Source of the DNA: Planctomycetota bacterium
GTDB lineage: Bacteria; Planctomycetota; SZUA-567; H5-PLA8
NCBI GenBank assembly: GCA_038227875.1
Contig: JBBRPR010000098.1
Coordinates: 1-19,669, forward strand
Direction: 5' to 3'
DNA length: 19,669 nucleotides
The notes beneath the pieces are model-generated. The model ran no database searches, had not been told where the DNA came from, and worked only from the letters and a program-made list of their open reading frames with translations. This document shows, piece by piece, positions 1 through 7,088 of this stretch (position 1 is the stretch's first letter; each line of letters starts with the position of its first letter). A program made the translations under genes and the position numbers.

Positions 1-4
1 GACG

Positions 5-229
5 ATGCTGACGGACCTGACTGATATCCGGCCGCACGACGCGACGGCGCCCGCGTTGCCCACCTATACCGAAGCCGTGCGGATCGCGACGGACCGGGGT
101 CTGTGCCGCACGCCACGGATCGGCTTCCTCAAGCAGCTTGGCGTCGCGGAGTTCGTGCCCGTCTGTGAGCGCGTTGTGTTCAATTCCGCAGAAGAAATCG
201 ACGCCTTGGCGACGTCGATGGTGCAATAG
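5..229 (+). CDS. Small hypothetical protein (74 aa); true start may lie outside the window
   Basis: ORF with protein-like composition, co-oriented with and 26 bp upstream of the 256..618 gene; no recognisable motif. Confidence 0.5.
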   Translation: MLTDLTDIRPHDATAPALPTYTEAVRIATDRGLCRTPRIGFLKQLGVAEFVPVCERVVFNSAEEIDALATSMVQ

Positions 230-255
230 CCCTTTTTCTCAATCGAGAGGCATCT

Positions 256-618
256 ATGCAAAGCGTCTCAACCCCAAAAGGCGACCGACCCAAAACAGCG
301 GCTGTGAATCGCCCGGCCCACACCGTTCGATACGGCGCGATCCGAGCCGCGATCTGGAAGAATGTGATCGACAACGGCAACACCCCGCGCGAACTGTACA
401 ACGTCACGCTCAGCCGCGGCTATCACGATGGCAAACAATGGCGGGCCAGTGGAAGCTTCGGCGTGGAGGATTTGCTCGTGGTCGCGAAGGCGGCGAACGA
501 AGCTCACACCTGGATATGCCAGCAGCGGACGGCGACCGCTCAAACCGACCCCGAAGCCGTCCACACAACAACGGGACACGGGGGCCACGACCCCGAAATG
601 CCAGCAGGACGCGCTTAG
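256..618 (+). CDS. Hypothetical protein, possibly a small nucleic-acid (ssDNA)-binding protein of mobile elements
   Basis: GAGG RBS-like sequence just upstream of the ATG. The core 'VRYGAIRAAIWKN...YNVTLSRGYHDGKQWRASGSFGVEDLLVVAKAANEAHTWI' resembles a small beta-sheet plus C-terminal helix family I recall from planctomycete-type genomes. Function is inference. Confidence 0.7.
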   Translation: MQSVSTPKGDRPKTAAVNRPAHTVRYGAIRAAIWKNVIDNGNTPRELYNVTLSRGYHDGKQWRASGSFGVEDLLVVAKAANEAHTWICQQRTATAQTDPEAVHTTTGHGGHDPEMPAGRA

Positions 619-818
619 GGGATGAGCCCAAATCGCAGCAGGCTTTCAGCGGTGGAAATCATCGCCTCCTCGTTAGAACGCGGTGCCCACTCAAGCATGC
701 GCTTGGCTTTCTCGTTCGTAAATTTTTTAACGTTGCCGAGTTCGGGGACGGCTTGAGCGAGCAACTTGTTAAATATCGAGACGAGCCGCACCATCCAGTC
801 AGGCATCATTTTGGTTGC
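615..818 (-). pseudogene. C-terminal remnant of an NAD-dependent epimerase/aldehyde reductase (extended SDR, dihydroflavonol-reductase-like)
   Basis: 'TKMMPDWMVRLVSIFNKLLAQAVPELGNVKKFTNEKAKRMLEWAPRSNEEAMISTAESLLRFGLI' matches the characteristic C-terminus of these enzymes (PxWxVR...ELG....NEKA.R.LGW.PRS.EEA...TAESL...GL). No N-terminal Rossmann domain lies upstream. Confidence 0.7.
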
Positions 819-890
819 CGAAACAAAACCGTTGGCGCTTCGGGCAGAAACTCTTTCTATCTTGGCTCATCAGCTGTAAATTATCGACCG

Positions 891-949
891 CCCGTGGGAT
901 TCCCCGGCGAAGGTTCCCCCCCCCTCCTTCGCTACCCTGCGGGTTTTTT
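891..949 (+). ncRNA. Candidate structured small RNA or terminator-like element, copy A
   Basis: Outer stem CCCGTGGG (891-898)/CCCTGCGGG (935-943), ATTCCCC internal loop, inner stem GCGAAGG (907-913)/CCTTCGC (926-932), C-rich loop TTCCCCCCCCCT, then T6. A diverged homolog lies at 15948-16002. Confidence 0.5.
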
Positions 950-991
950 CGTGCGCGACCACCGCCCATAAACCTCCTCCTCGGGAAAAAC

Positions 992-1019
992 TTGACGCGG
1001 AACTTCGAGCGTATATTCA
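992..1019 (+). promoter_or_regulatory. Possible sigma70-type promoter of the kinase operon
   Basis: TTGACG (992-997) followed by TATATT (1012-1017, 14-bp spacer) or TATTCA (1014-1019, 16-bp spacer); neither option is ideal. Confidence 0.3.
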
Positions 1020-1105
1020 GCGCGGAACCGGCCTGCAAGCCTTGGTGAAAGCGGGTTCTCCGATTATCCTTCCTACCGGCGTTGTTCATGGAAGGACGGG
1101 TCTCG

Positions 1106-2023
1106 ATGCGGTTTCCAAATTTGGCTCCGGGTGATGTACAACAAGCTGTATCGGAAGCGTCGAACATCGTGTTTCTCGACAAGGGCGGCCAAAAGGTAGT
1201 TTTCTCGTGCTCAATCAATGGCAAGCCCTATGCCTTGAAGGTACTCCAGCCACATCTTCGACCGCTGGCACTTGATCCGACCGCCAACGGCACCGATCCC
1301 ATCTCCATTGATGACGTGACTGCGCGTGCCCAACGTGAAGTCGCCACCATGAAAGAATGTGACACGCCGTATCTCGTGAAGATCGGTCCCATCGAAATGC
1401 GCTCGATTCAGATTCAAGGGGAAGACCTACTGTGCTTCAGCGAAGAGCTGATAGATGGTCTGCCGCTGAATAAAGTGCTGAAGCAAACTGGGCCGCTACC
1501 GCCGATTGAAATCATCCAGCTTGGACAGCACATTGCCACGGCAATCGGCGAACTGTGGAAGCGGAATAAGATCCATCGTGACGTGAAGCCCGGCAATATA
1601 ATGCGTCGCCGAAGTGGTGGATTTGTACTGCTTGACCTGGGCCTTGTTTTTGATTTGAACGACGAATCATTTTCTGTCGGACCAGTGGGTACGCATATCT
1701 ATTTTTCCCCTGAGCAAATGGATTTCGCAAATCGCCGACAGGTCTTGGATTTTCGATCGGATCTATTTTCATTGGGTATCACAATGTACCAGATGGGGAC
1801 TGGTGTCCATCCTTTCGGCGCGAATGCAAACAGTAGCTGGGATGTGGTGAACCACATTCGGAACATCCAGCCAATCCCTCCGAACCAAGTCAAGGCGGAA
1901 ATTCCGGAAGGATTGAGTGATATTGTAATGCGACTTCTTGGCAAACGCCCATCCTTAAGATTCCGGAGTATCGACAGACTTCAGCGAGCATTGACGGCAG
2001 CAGCAGGAAGGGGAGGGAACTGA
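1106..2023 (+). CDS. Hanks-type serine/threonine protein kinase (stand-alone kinase domain)
   Basis: Gly-loop DKGGQKVVF, YALK lysine, helix-C RE, catalytic HRDVKPGN, DLG, GTHIYFSPEQ and SDLFSLG. ATG 1106 chosen because AAGGA lies at 1092-1096 (the ORF track starts at 1082). Confidence 0.93.
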   Translation: MRFPNLAPGDVQQAVSEASNIVFLDKGGQKVVFSCSINGKPYALKVLQPHLRPLALDPTANGTDPISIDDVTARAQREVATMKECDTPYLVKIGPIEMRSIQIQGEDLLCFSEELIDGLPLNKVLKQTGPLPPIEIIQLGQHIATAIGELWKRNKIHRDVKPGNIMRRRSGGFVLLDLGLVFDLNDESFSVGPVGTHIYFSPEQMDFANRRQVLDFRSDLFSLGITMYQMGTGVHPFGANANSSWDVVNHIRNIQPIPPNQVKAEIPEGLSDIVMRLLGKRPSLRFRSIDRLQRALTAAAGRGGN

Positions 2024-2025
2024 CC

Positions 2026-3228
2026 ATGCTTCTAGCGCAAGCCGGATATGGGAGAGGCAATAAGATTCACACTGCTTTGGACGAGGCGCTCGTTGGCGGC
2101 GTCATTCTCAGTCCGAAGGACGAGCGGCGGGAACGTCTTGAAGAATGTGTCGCGGACTTAAATACGAACTATGCTGATGCATGGGTGATGGTTGATCCTC
2201 AGTTCTACGCGACCACTGTGAGTGTCCCACGCGACGGCCGTTTGCCGGAGTACGACTATTACGCAGACCACGCGCCGCTTAGCCGAACCCAGTTTAGTCC
2301 GCGACAAATTGCAGGATATGTTCGCGCGTGTCTTGATTATCAGCACGGTTTGACGGGCCTTCGTTACATCCTGTCACCGTCGGTCTTGTTTGACGATTTC
2401 CGCGACTCTTGGAGCCAGATTGCGCTCAACATGGCTGAAGCGTCGCTCGATCATCATGCGGAATTGACGGAAGCCGCACCGCTCTTGGTGACCATCGTGA
2501 CTTCTGAAATTGCGTTGCGTAACGCAACGGGCATGGGGGAATTCTTGGATGCCCTCTCTGGCCTCGACGTTGACGGGTTCTACCTGCTAGTCAATCGAAG
2601 CAGTTCGGGCTACCTGGCCGCAATGGACACGCGCGCCATGGAAAACCTCATGTACTTTGTTCATGTGCTCGCACACTTGAACGATTACGAGGTGGTGGTC
2701 GGCTATAGCGATTGGTTCGGCTTCTTACTTCACGCAGCCGGTGCAGCCGCCACGGCAACCGGATGGCATCAGTCGTTACGTCAATTCTCAATGTCAAGAT
2801 TTGAGCCAGCGGCGGGTGGTGGCCGCCGTCCGCGTAAGCGATATTCCAGCGCACCGCTGCTCTCCAATCCGCTAATTGTCCCGGAGCTGGACGACATCTA
2901 TCGGACGGGGATGCTCAACAACGTCCTGTCTGGCGGCTCCAATGACCCGATACTGGATGGCGGACCTGCTGCTGGTGAAGCACGTTGGACAGACGAAATG
3001 GGTTGTCTCGCCCATTGGGCAGCGGTGGGGAACTTGATCGCGACCATCGAGAGCGCGCCAAGACCGGCGGCGAAGCTGAATGCGGCCATACAATTGATAG
3101 ATGGCGCGACAACACTGTACGACCGGCTTTTACGCCGAGGGGTAAACTTCGAACCACAGACGGGACCCGATCACTTGGTTGCGTGGCGTGATTCACTAAA
3201 CGCATTTAGGCACACAGCAGGCGTATGA
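2026..3228 (+). CDS. Uncharacterised 400-aa protein, probable alpha/beta (TIM-barrel-like; beta-protein/sce7725-like by resemblance)
   Basis: GGAGG RBS within the kinase 3' end and start 2 bp after the kinase stop. Alternating hydrophobic strands and helices (GGVILSP, VMVDPQFY, YILSPS, LLVTIV, GFYLLV, VVVGYSD, ATGW). CDS is confident; fold and family are inference. Confidence 0.8.
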   Translation: MLLAQAGYGRGNKIHTALDEALVGGVILSPKDERRERLEECVADLNTNYADAWVMVDPQFYATTVSVPRDGRLPEYDYYADHAPLSRTQFSPRQIAGYVRACLDYQHGLTGLRYILSPSVLFDDFRDSWSQIALNMAEASLDHHAELTEAAPLLVTIVTSEIALRNATGMGEFLDALSGLDVDGFYLLVNRSSSGYLAAMDTRAMENLMYFVHVLAHLNDYEVVVGYSDWFGFLLHAAGAAATATGWHQSLRQFSMSRFEPAAGGGRRPRKRYSSAPLLSNPLIVPELDDIYRTGMLNNVLSGGSNDPILDGGPAAGEARWTDEMGCLAHWAAVGNLIATIESAPRPAAKLNAAIQLIDGATTLYDRLLRRGVNFEPQTGPDHLVAWRDSLNAFRHTAGV

Positions 3229-3932
3229 AACAGTCTAATACAAACCTGAAGACTGCGAGACGGTTTCCATTTACCGAAGAGGAAATGGCAGATGCCTTTG
3301 AGCGCCTTCTGAAAAACGGGAAAACTCTGCCAGGCGTGGGCCGACTTAGTCGAGTTTTTCGTGAAGTCGATTGCCATCGCGGGCGGCCCGATTTTATCGC
3401 CTTGGCTCGTGGAACGACACGTTTTCTGACGGGGAAAAGTATCACGCTAAAATTCGCCGGCTCACTTCTCATGTCGTTCCTGCATGAGAAATCTCCGCGA
3501 TCAGTTACATATCTGCGCGAACACAGTGGAATTTCGATTCGAACAATTAAGCTGGCAATGCTGGAACTCGTTGAGCGGAAATACGTGATCGACGCCGGCG
3601 GCAATTCGTATCTTTTGAATCCTGCTCGTCCACTTAGACAGGTTCATGTCTTGGCGTTCGAGCTTAAGCTTGATAAGCCAAAGCGAGCCGTGTTTCAGGC
3701 CCAACAGTATCGATCGTTCGCTCAGAGCGTTTTGATTGTCGCTCCGCCCAGTCAGCTTCCACTTTACAAAAAATTCGGCGTGGCAATGCGGCGTTGGGGA
3801 ATAGGCATCGCGACATTCGATCCGCGAACCGACGAATTCAAGATCCATCGGTCGCCAAGGATCGGTACGCCGCACTCGCGCCACCATCAGGCGTATGCTC
3901 TGTTTCAACTTTTGAGCGGCGCCGCCGGTTAA
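3225..3932 (+). CDS. PD-(D/E)XK nuclease-fold protein with an inserted winged-HTH (MmcB/sce7726-like)
   Basis: ATGA overlap with the previous stop. Motifs FREV...GRPDFIAL...AFELKL...QAQQYRSFA and GIGI. An HTH-like segment (SVTYLREHSGISIRTIKLAMLELVERKYV) sits between the PD and ExK motifs. Confidence 0.8.
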   Translation: MKQSNTNLKTARRFPFTEEEMADAFERLLKNGKTLPGVGRLSRVFREVDCHRGRPDFIALARGTTRFLTGKSITLKFAGSLLMSFLHEKSPRSVTYLREHSGISIRTIKLAMLELVERKYVIDAGGNSYLLNPARPLRQVHVLAFELKLDKPKRAVFQAQQYRSFAQSVLIVAPPSQLPLYKKFGVAMRRWGIGIATFDPRTDEFKIHRSPRIGTPHSRHHQAYALFQLLSGAAG

Positions 3933-3976
3933 ATCGGATATGTGTCCAGCAAGTTTGCGTACCTGTGTGGTGGATC

Positions 3977-4825
3977 TCAGTCATCGTCGCTATCGTTGTC
4001 GCCTTCCGGCAGCCCCTCGTCATTGGAAAGCACGGTCAGCGTGCGGCCGTAAGTTCCAAGACCCACAACGTCCTCTGTCATTTCGATGTTGTTGGGCGCG
4101 CCATCAAACCAGTCATCCAGCTGCGCGTATCCGCCATCATTGAGTCCGCCAGCGATGTTTGCCTCGACCTTATTGAAAGCCGCAGTGGTGGAACGCTGCG
4201 GGAGAAGTGCACCCTTCCGTAGCGGACGAAGCCCCTGAATGTCCTCTAGAGGGCTGGAGATGAAGCAGTAATCTACGGTGCCGCCTCGGCTGACAATGAC
4301 CGCGACCGGATCTTCTGCGAAACGAGCGTACCGGATAGCCGTTGCGGTAATAGACGTTCGGCAATTTGTTGCCAGTTGTTCGATAGCCGCAAACCCGGAA
4401 CCCGCGTCTCGCATCGCAGGTACAAATAGGGCCTCGGGCATTAGTAATGTCGTCGCAAAAATGTCGGCTTGGCGCTCCCGCGGATCATTTGAGAGATAAC
4501 CGCTTCGGGATTCGTGCAGGAACACGCCTTTGGAAAAAAGGTGCTCGCAATGGCCCGGGAGAAAATAATGGCCCAGCTCGTGACTGACCGTGAAGCGGAT
4601 GAATCCGTCGTTTTTGATATGCGTCGCATAGCAGATTCCGAATTGATCGCCGACGCGCATTAAAAACCCAGAGACGCCGGGGCTGTCTGATTGGCGCGGC
4701 TGCACCTCGATTCCCTTGTCTTTCGCAATTGCAAAAGGGCAGATCGGCAAGGCGGTGATTCCGCGCTCTGCTACAAGCTGCTCGGCGATGAATTCTGCTT
4801 CGCGTTCGTCCAGGTTCAGCTTCAC
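3977..4825 (-). CDS. capP: ImmA/IrrE-family Zn metallopeptidase, CapP-like
   Basis: RFTVSHELGH (HExxH), ERQADIFATTLLMP, HTH-like region and C-terminal GAF-like extension. Starts 3 bp downstream of an XRE HTH gene and is divergent from a defence operon. Confidence 0.85.
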   Translation of the reverse strand: MKLNLDEREAEFIAEQLVAERGITALPICPFAIAKDKGIEVQPRQSDSPGVSGFLMRVGDQFGICYATHIKNDGFIRFTVSHELGHYFLPGHCEHLFSKGVFLHESRSGYLSNDPRERQADIFATTLLMPEALFVPAMRDAGSGFAAIEQLATNCRTSITATAIRYARFAEDPVAVIVSRGGTVDYCFISSPLEDIQGLRPLRKGALLPQRSTTAAFNKVEANIAGGLNDGGYAQLDDWFDGAPNNIEMTEDVVGLGTYGRTLTVLSNDEGLPEGDNDSDDD

Positions 4826-4828
4826 GAT

Positions 4829-5167
4829 TCACCCCTTTTTGCCTGCCTTATTCTTTTCCGCGAGCATCGCGGCGAACTTGCTGAAACTCTCTTGGTCGGT
4901 AGAGGACATGCTACTGAAATCTCGAAACAGTTGCTCAACGACGGGTCCCGAGTTCTTTGGCTCTTCTGCGCGACCGAGCAAATAGTCGACGCTCACAGCG
5001 AGTGCATCTGCCAGTTTTTTGAGGTTCTCGAATGACGGCGACCGTTTACCGGTTTCAAAATGTGAAACCGCAGATGGCTGAAGACCTGATCGTTCAGCCA
5101 ATTCGCTTTGGCTTAACTTCTTGTTGACTCTTGTTTTGCGCAATATCTCTGGAAATTCTTCCGGCAT
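4829..5167 (-). CDS. capH: XRE-family HTH transcriptional repressor, CapH-like
   Basis: LSQSELAERSGLQPSAVSHFETGKRSPSFENLKKLADALAVSVDYLLGR is a canonical XRE HTH, followed by a short helical C-terminal domain; paired with the IrrE-type peptidase. Confidence 0.88.
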   Translation of the reverse strand: MPEEFPEILRKTRVNKKLSQSELAERSGLQPSAVSHFETGKRSPSFENLKKLADALAVSVDYLLGRAEEPKNSGPVVEQLFRDFSSMSSTDQESFSKFAAMLAEKNKAGKKG

Positions 5168-5170
5168 GGC

Positions 5171-5199
5171 TTGACCGCTTGTTGACGAAAGCGTATAGT
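5171..5199 (+). promoter_or_regulatory. Sigma70-type promoter for the bil operon, overlapped by operator TTGACG-AAAG-CGTATA (5182-5197)
   Basis: TTGACC (5171-5176), 17-bp spacer, TATAGT (5194-5199). Confidence 0.7.
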
Positions 5200-5248
5200 A
5201 TTACATGACGGGTTCGGCATGGTGCCTCGCCCGTTTCTTTACGGACGG

Positions 5249-5277
5249 ACTGTAGACGACTTCGTCAACAAAGTCAA
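5249..5277 (-). promoter_or_regulatory. Sigma70-type promoter for capH-capP, overlapped by operator TAGACG-ACTT-CGTCAA (5253-5268)
   Basis: Minus strand TTGACT (5277-5272), 17-bp spacer, TACAGT (5254-5249). Confidence 0.7.
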
Positions 5278-5311
5278 TACCACTAGCCCCAATGGGGCAG
5301 GAGATGTCGCG

Positions 5312-6040
5312 ATGAGCAACGAGAATCAGGTTTCAGAAGCCGCGAATCGGCGCGAACTGAGCATCAACGTCGACGGAAAGGACCATCGCGTCGAGCAGGC
5401 CGTTGTCAGCGGACGGCAGGTGCTTGAAGCGGCGGGCAAACTGCCGCCAGACGATTTCATCGTGTACTGGCTCGGCACGGACAACGTGCTTCAAGATTTG
5501 GGCCTCGATCAAACGGTCCACATTCACGAGCACCACGTCGAACGATTCTTGACGTTCGACAATGATCGCTCGTTCCGGTTTGAAATTGACGGAAAGCGCG
5601 AAGACTGGGGTTGCCCCTCGATCACGGAAGAGACGCTACGGAAGCTGGCCAGCGTTGGTACCGACGTTCGCGTGTGGCTGGAGCAAAAGGATGAACCTGA
5701 CCGTCTGATTTCTCCCGGCGAATCGGTTGATCTGTCGGTGTCGGGAATCGAGAAGTTCTATCTGGAGCGCGTGATCTCGGTAGAGATCGTCAATGAGAAC
5801 AATGGCGATGAGTTCCGACTCGAAGCGGTCAAGCACACTAAGCTCGAAACGGTCATCACGGAAATGTATACGAAGCTCGGCGTTCCTCGTCGGGGTGACG
5901 ACCGGCTCCGATGCGAAGAGACCGGAGAAGACGTCTTCGGATTCGCCCAGCTGACCATGGGGCAGTACATGGAGGCCGGGCATTGCCATTGTCTGGTCTG
6001 GGGCTTCGTCGGGGGAACGGGAGGTGCGTCGTGCCGGTAA
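5312..6040 (+). CDS. bilA: Multi-ubiquitin-like (three beta-grasp domain) protein BilA with a C-terminal GG motif
   Basis: AGGAG RBS before ATG 5312 (ORF track starts at 5219). Two multiubiquitin-type repeats (INVDGKDH...SGRQVL...VERF; FEIDGKRE...ITEETL...GIEKFY), then a third domain ending GGTGG-ASCR. Confidence 0.85.
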   Translation: MSNENQVSEAANRRELSINVDGKDHRVEQAVVSGRQVLEAAGKLPPDDFIVYWLGTDNVLQDLGLDQTVHIHEHHVERFLTFDNDRSFRFEIDGKREDWGCPSITEETLRKLASVGTDVRVWLEQKDEPDRLISPGESVDLSVSGIEKFYLERVISVEIVNENNGDEFRLEAVKHTKLETVITEMYTKLGVPRRGDDRLRCEETGEDVFGFAQLTMGQYMEAGHCHCLVWGFVGGTGGASCR

Positions 6041-6549
6041 GGGACCTTGCACGCACGGACCCGGAGATAGCGGCCGCGACGTTCAAGAATCATCTTGATC
6101 GACTGTGGGCCACCGGACGTCCTTCCCGGTGGGGGTGGATTCGTAACGACGTGGATACGCTTCACACCTTGGTGACCCTGCCTGCAAAACGCCAGAGCGG
6201 CGAGATCGACCCATATTACTTCCGGTTGGGAGCCGAATATTACGATGCGGCCCCTCCGACGGTGTCACTTGTTCAACCGGATGGGATTACCCATGCGGCT
6301 GAAGTCTCGAAATGGTTTCCGGTGCTGGGATCGAAGCCCGCTTGGTTTGGCTTACATGCCAAGTATCCCTGGCCAAGCGGCCCGCCCCGACAGCTTGTCT
6401 GTTTCACACTGTCGGCCGAATTCTACATGACAAACCATTCGCCCAAGGAATCGGAAGAATGGAAACAGGGGCAGCACACGGTGGCGGCAACTCTCTACCG
6501 ATTGGCTGAGATCCTGTCGCCAAAATACTATCGGAGTCCTGCCTCATGA
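6031..6549 (+). CDS. bilB: Bacterial E2 ubiquitin-conjugating-like enzyme BilB
   Basis: GTG start with GGAGGT 5 nt upstream. E2-like YYFRLGAEYYDAAPPTVSLV and a candidate catalytic Cys in QLVCFTLSAEFYMTNH...W. Lies between the Ubl and JAB genes. Confidence 0.82.
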   Translation: MPVRDLARTDPEIAAATFKNHLDRLWATGRPSRWGWIRNDVDTLHTLVTLPAKRQSGEIDPYYFRLGAEYYDAAPPTVSLVQPDGITHAAEVSKWFPVLGSKPAWFGLHAKYPWPSGPPRQLVCFTLSAEFYMTNHSPKESEEWKQGQHTVAATLYRLAEILSPKYYRSPAS

Positions 6550-7088
6550 TCACCATACCGGACACCATCTGGAGCAACATGCTGGCGGAACTCGCGAAGG
6601 AGAAACGACGGGTCGAACAGGTCTGTTACTTCGATGGCGTGGTGCTAGAGGAAGGTGGCGTTGTTACCACGATGACTATTCCGCGCGCGAAGCTCGAAGC
6701 TGGGCGGTTTCACGTTGCACCTGATGCGATGAGTGAGGCGGGAAAGCATCTGCGCGCGCTTCGGTTTCGACGGCTCGCCCAGGTCCATACGCATCCGACG
6801 GAGTGGACTGGGCATTCCCCATGGGACAACGAGTGGGCCTATTCCCAATTACCCGGTGCCATCTCGATCGTGCTGCCGCATTTTGCTCGCCGACAACCTC
6901 GGCTTGAGCAGGCGGGAGTGCATCTCCGGTTAGATGCGGGATGGCGACAGCTGTCGCCGCAGGAAGTGTCGCAGCACATCCGGCTCATACCCGGCATCCT
7001 TGATTTTAGGAGAACCAATGAATCAGCGCGTATCCAGCCGGCACGAAAGCGATCTTGGCGGTCAGTTTTTACCTTTTGGAAACACTGA
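6546..7088 (+). CDS. bilC: JAB/JAMM (Mov34/MPN) metallo-isopeptidase BilC
   Basis: E(QVCY)...QVHTHP...HSPWD JAMM motif; ATGA overlap with bilB. Confidence 0.88.
   Translation: MITIPDTIWSNMLAELAKEKRRVEQVCYFDGVVLEEGGVVTTMTIPRAKLEAGRFHVAPDAMSEAGKHLRALRFRRLAQVHTHPTEWTGHSPWDNEWAYSQLPGAISIVLPHFARRQPRLEQAGVHLRLDAGWRQLSPQEVSQHIRLIPGILDFRRTNESARIQPARKRSWRSVFTFWKH

Noticed and set aside
138..971. 277-aa + strand ORF
   Set aside because: Arg/Pro-rich shadow frame overlapping better-supported genes and the structured element; no motifs.
992..1015. TTGACG-N12-CGTATA upstream of the kinase, with the same half-sites as the capH/bil operator
   Set aside because: Spacer is 12 rather than 4 bp, and the half-sites coincide with generic -35/-10-like sequence; insufficient to claim co-regulation.
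5219..5311. N-terminal extension of bilA in the ORF track
   Set aside because: Overlaps the capH promoter and operator; ATG 5312 has a clear RBS.
5911..6030. N-terminal extension of bilB in the ORF track
   Set aside because: Lies inside bilA in another frame; GTG 6031 has a consensus RBS.
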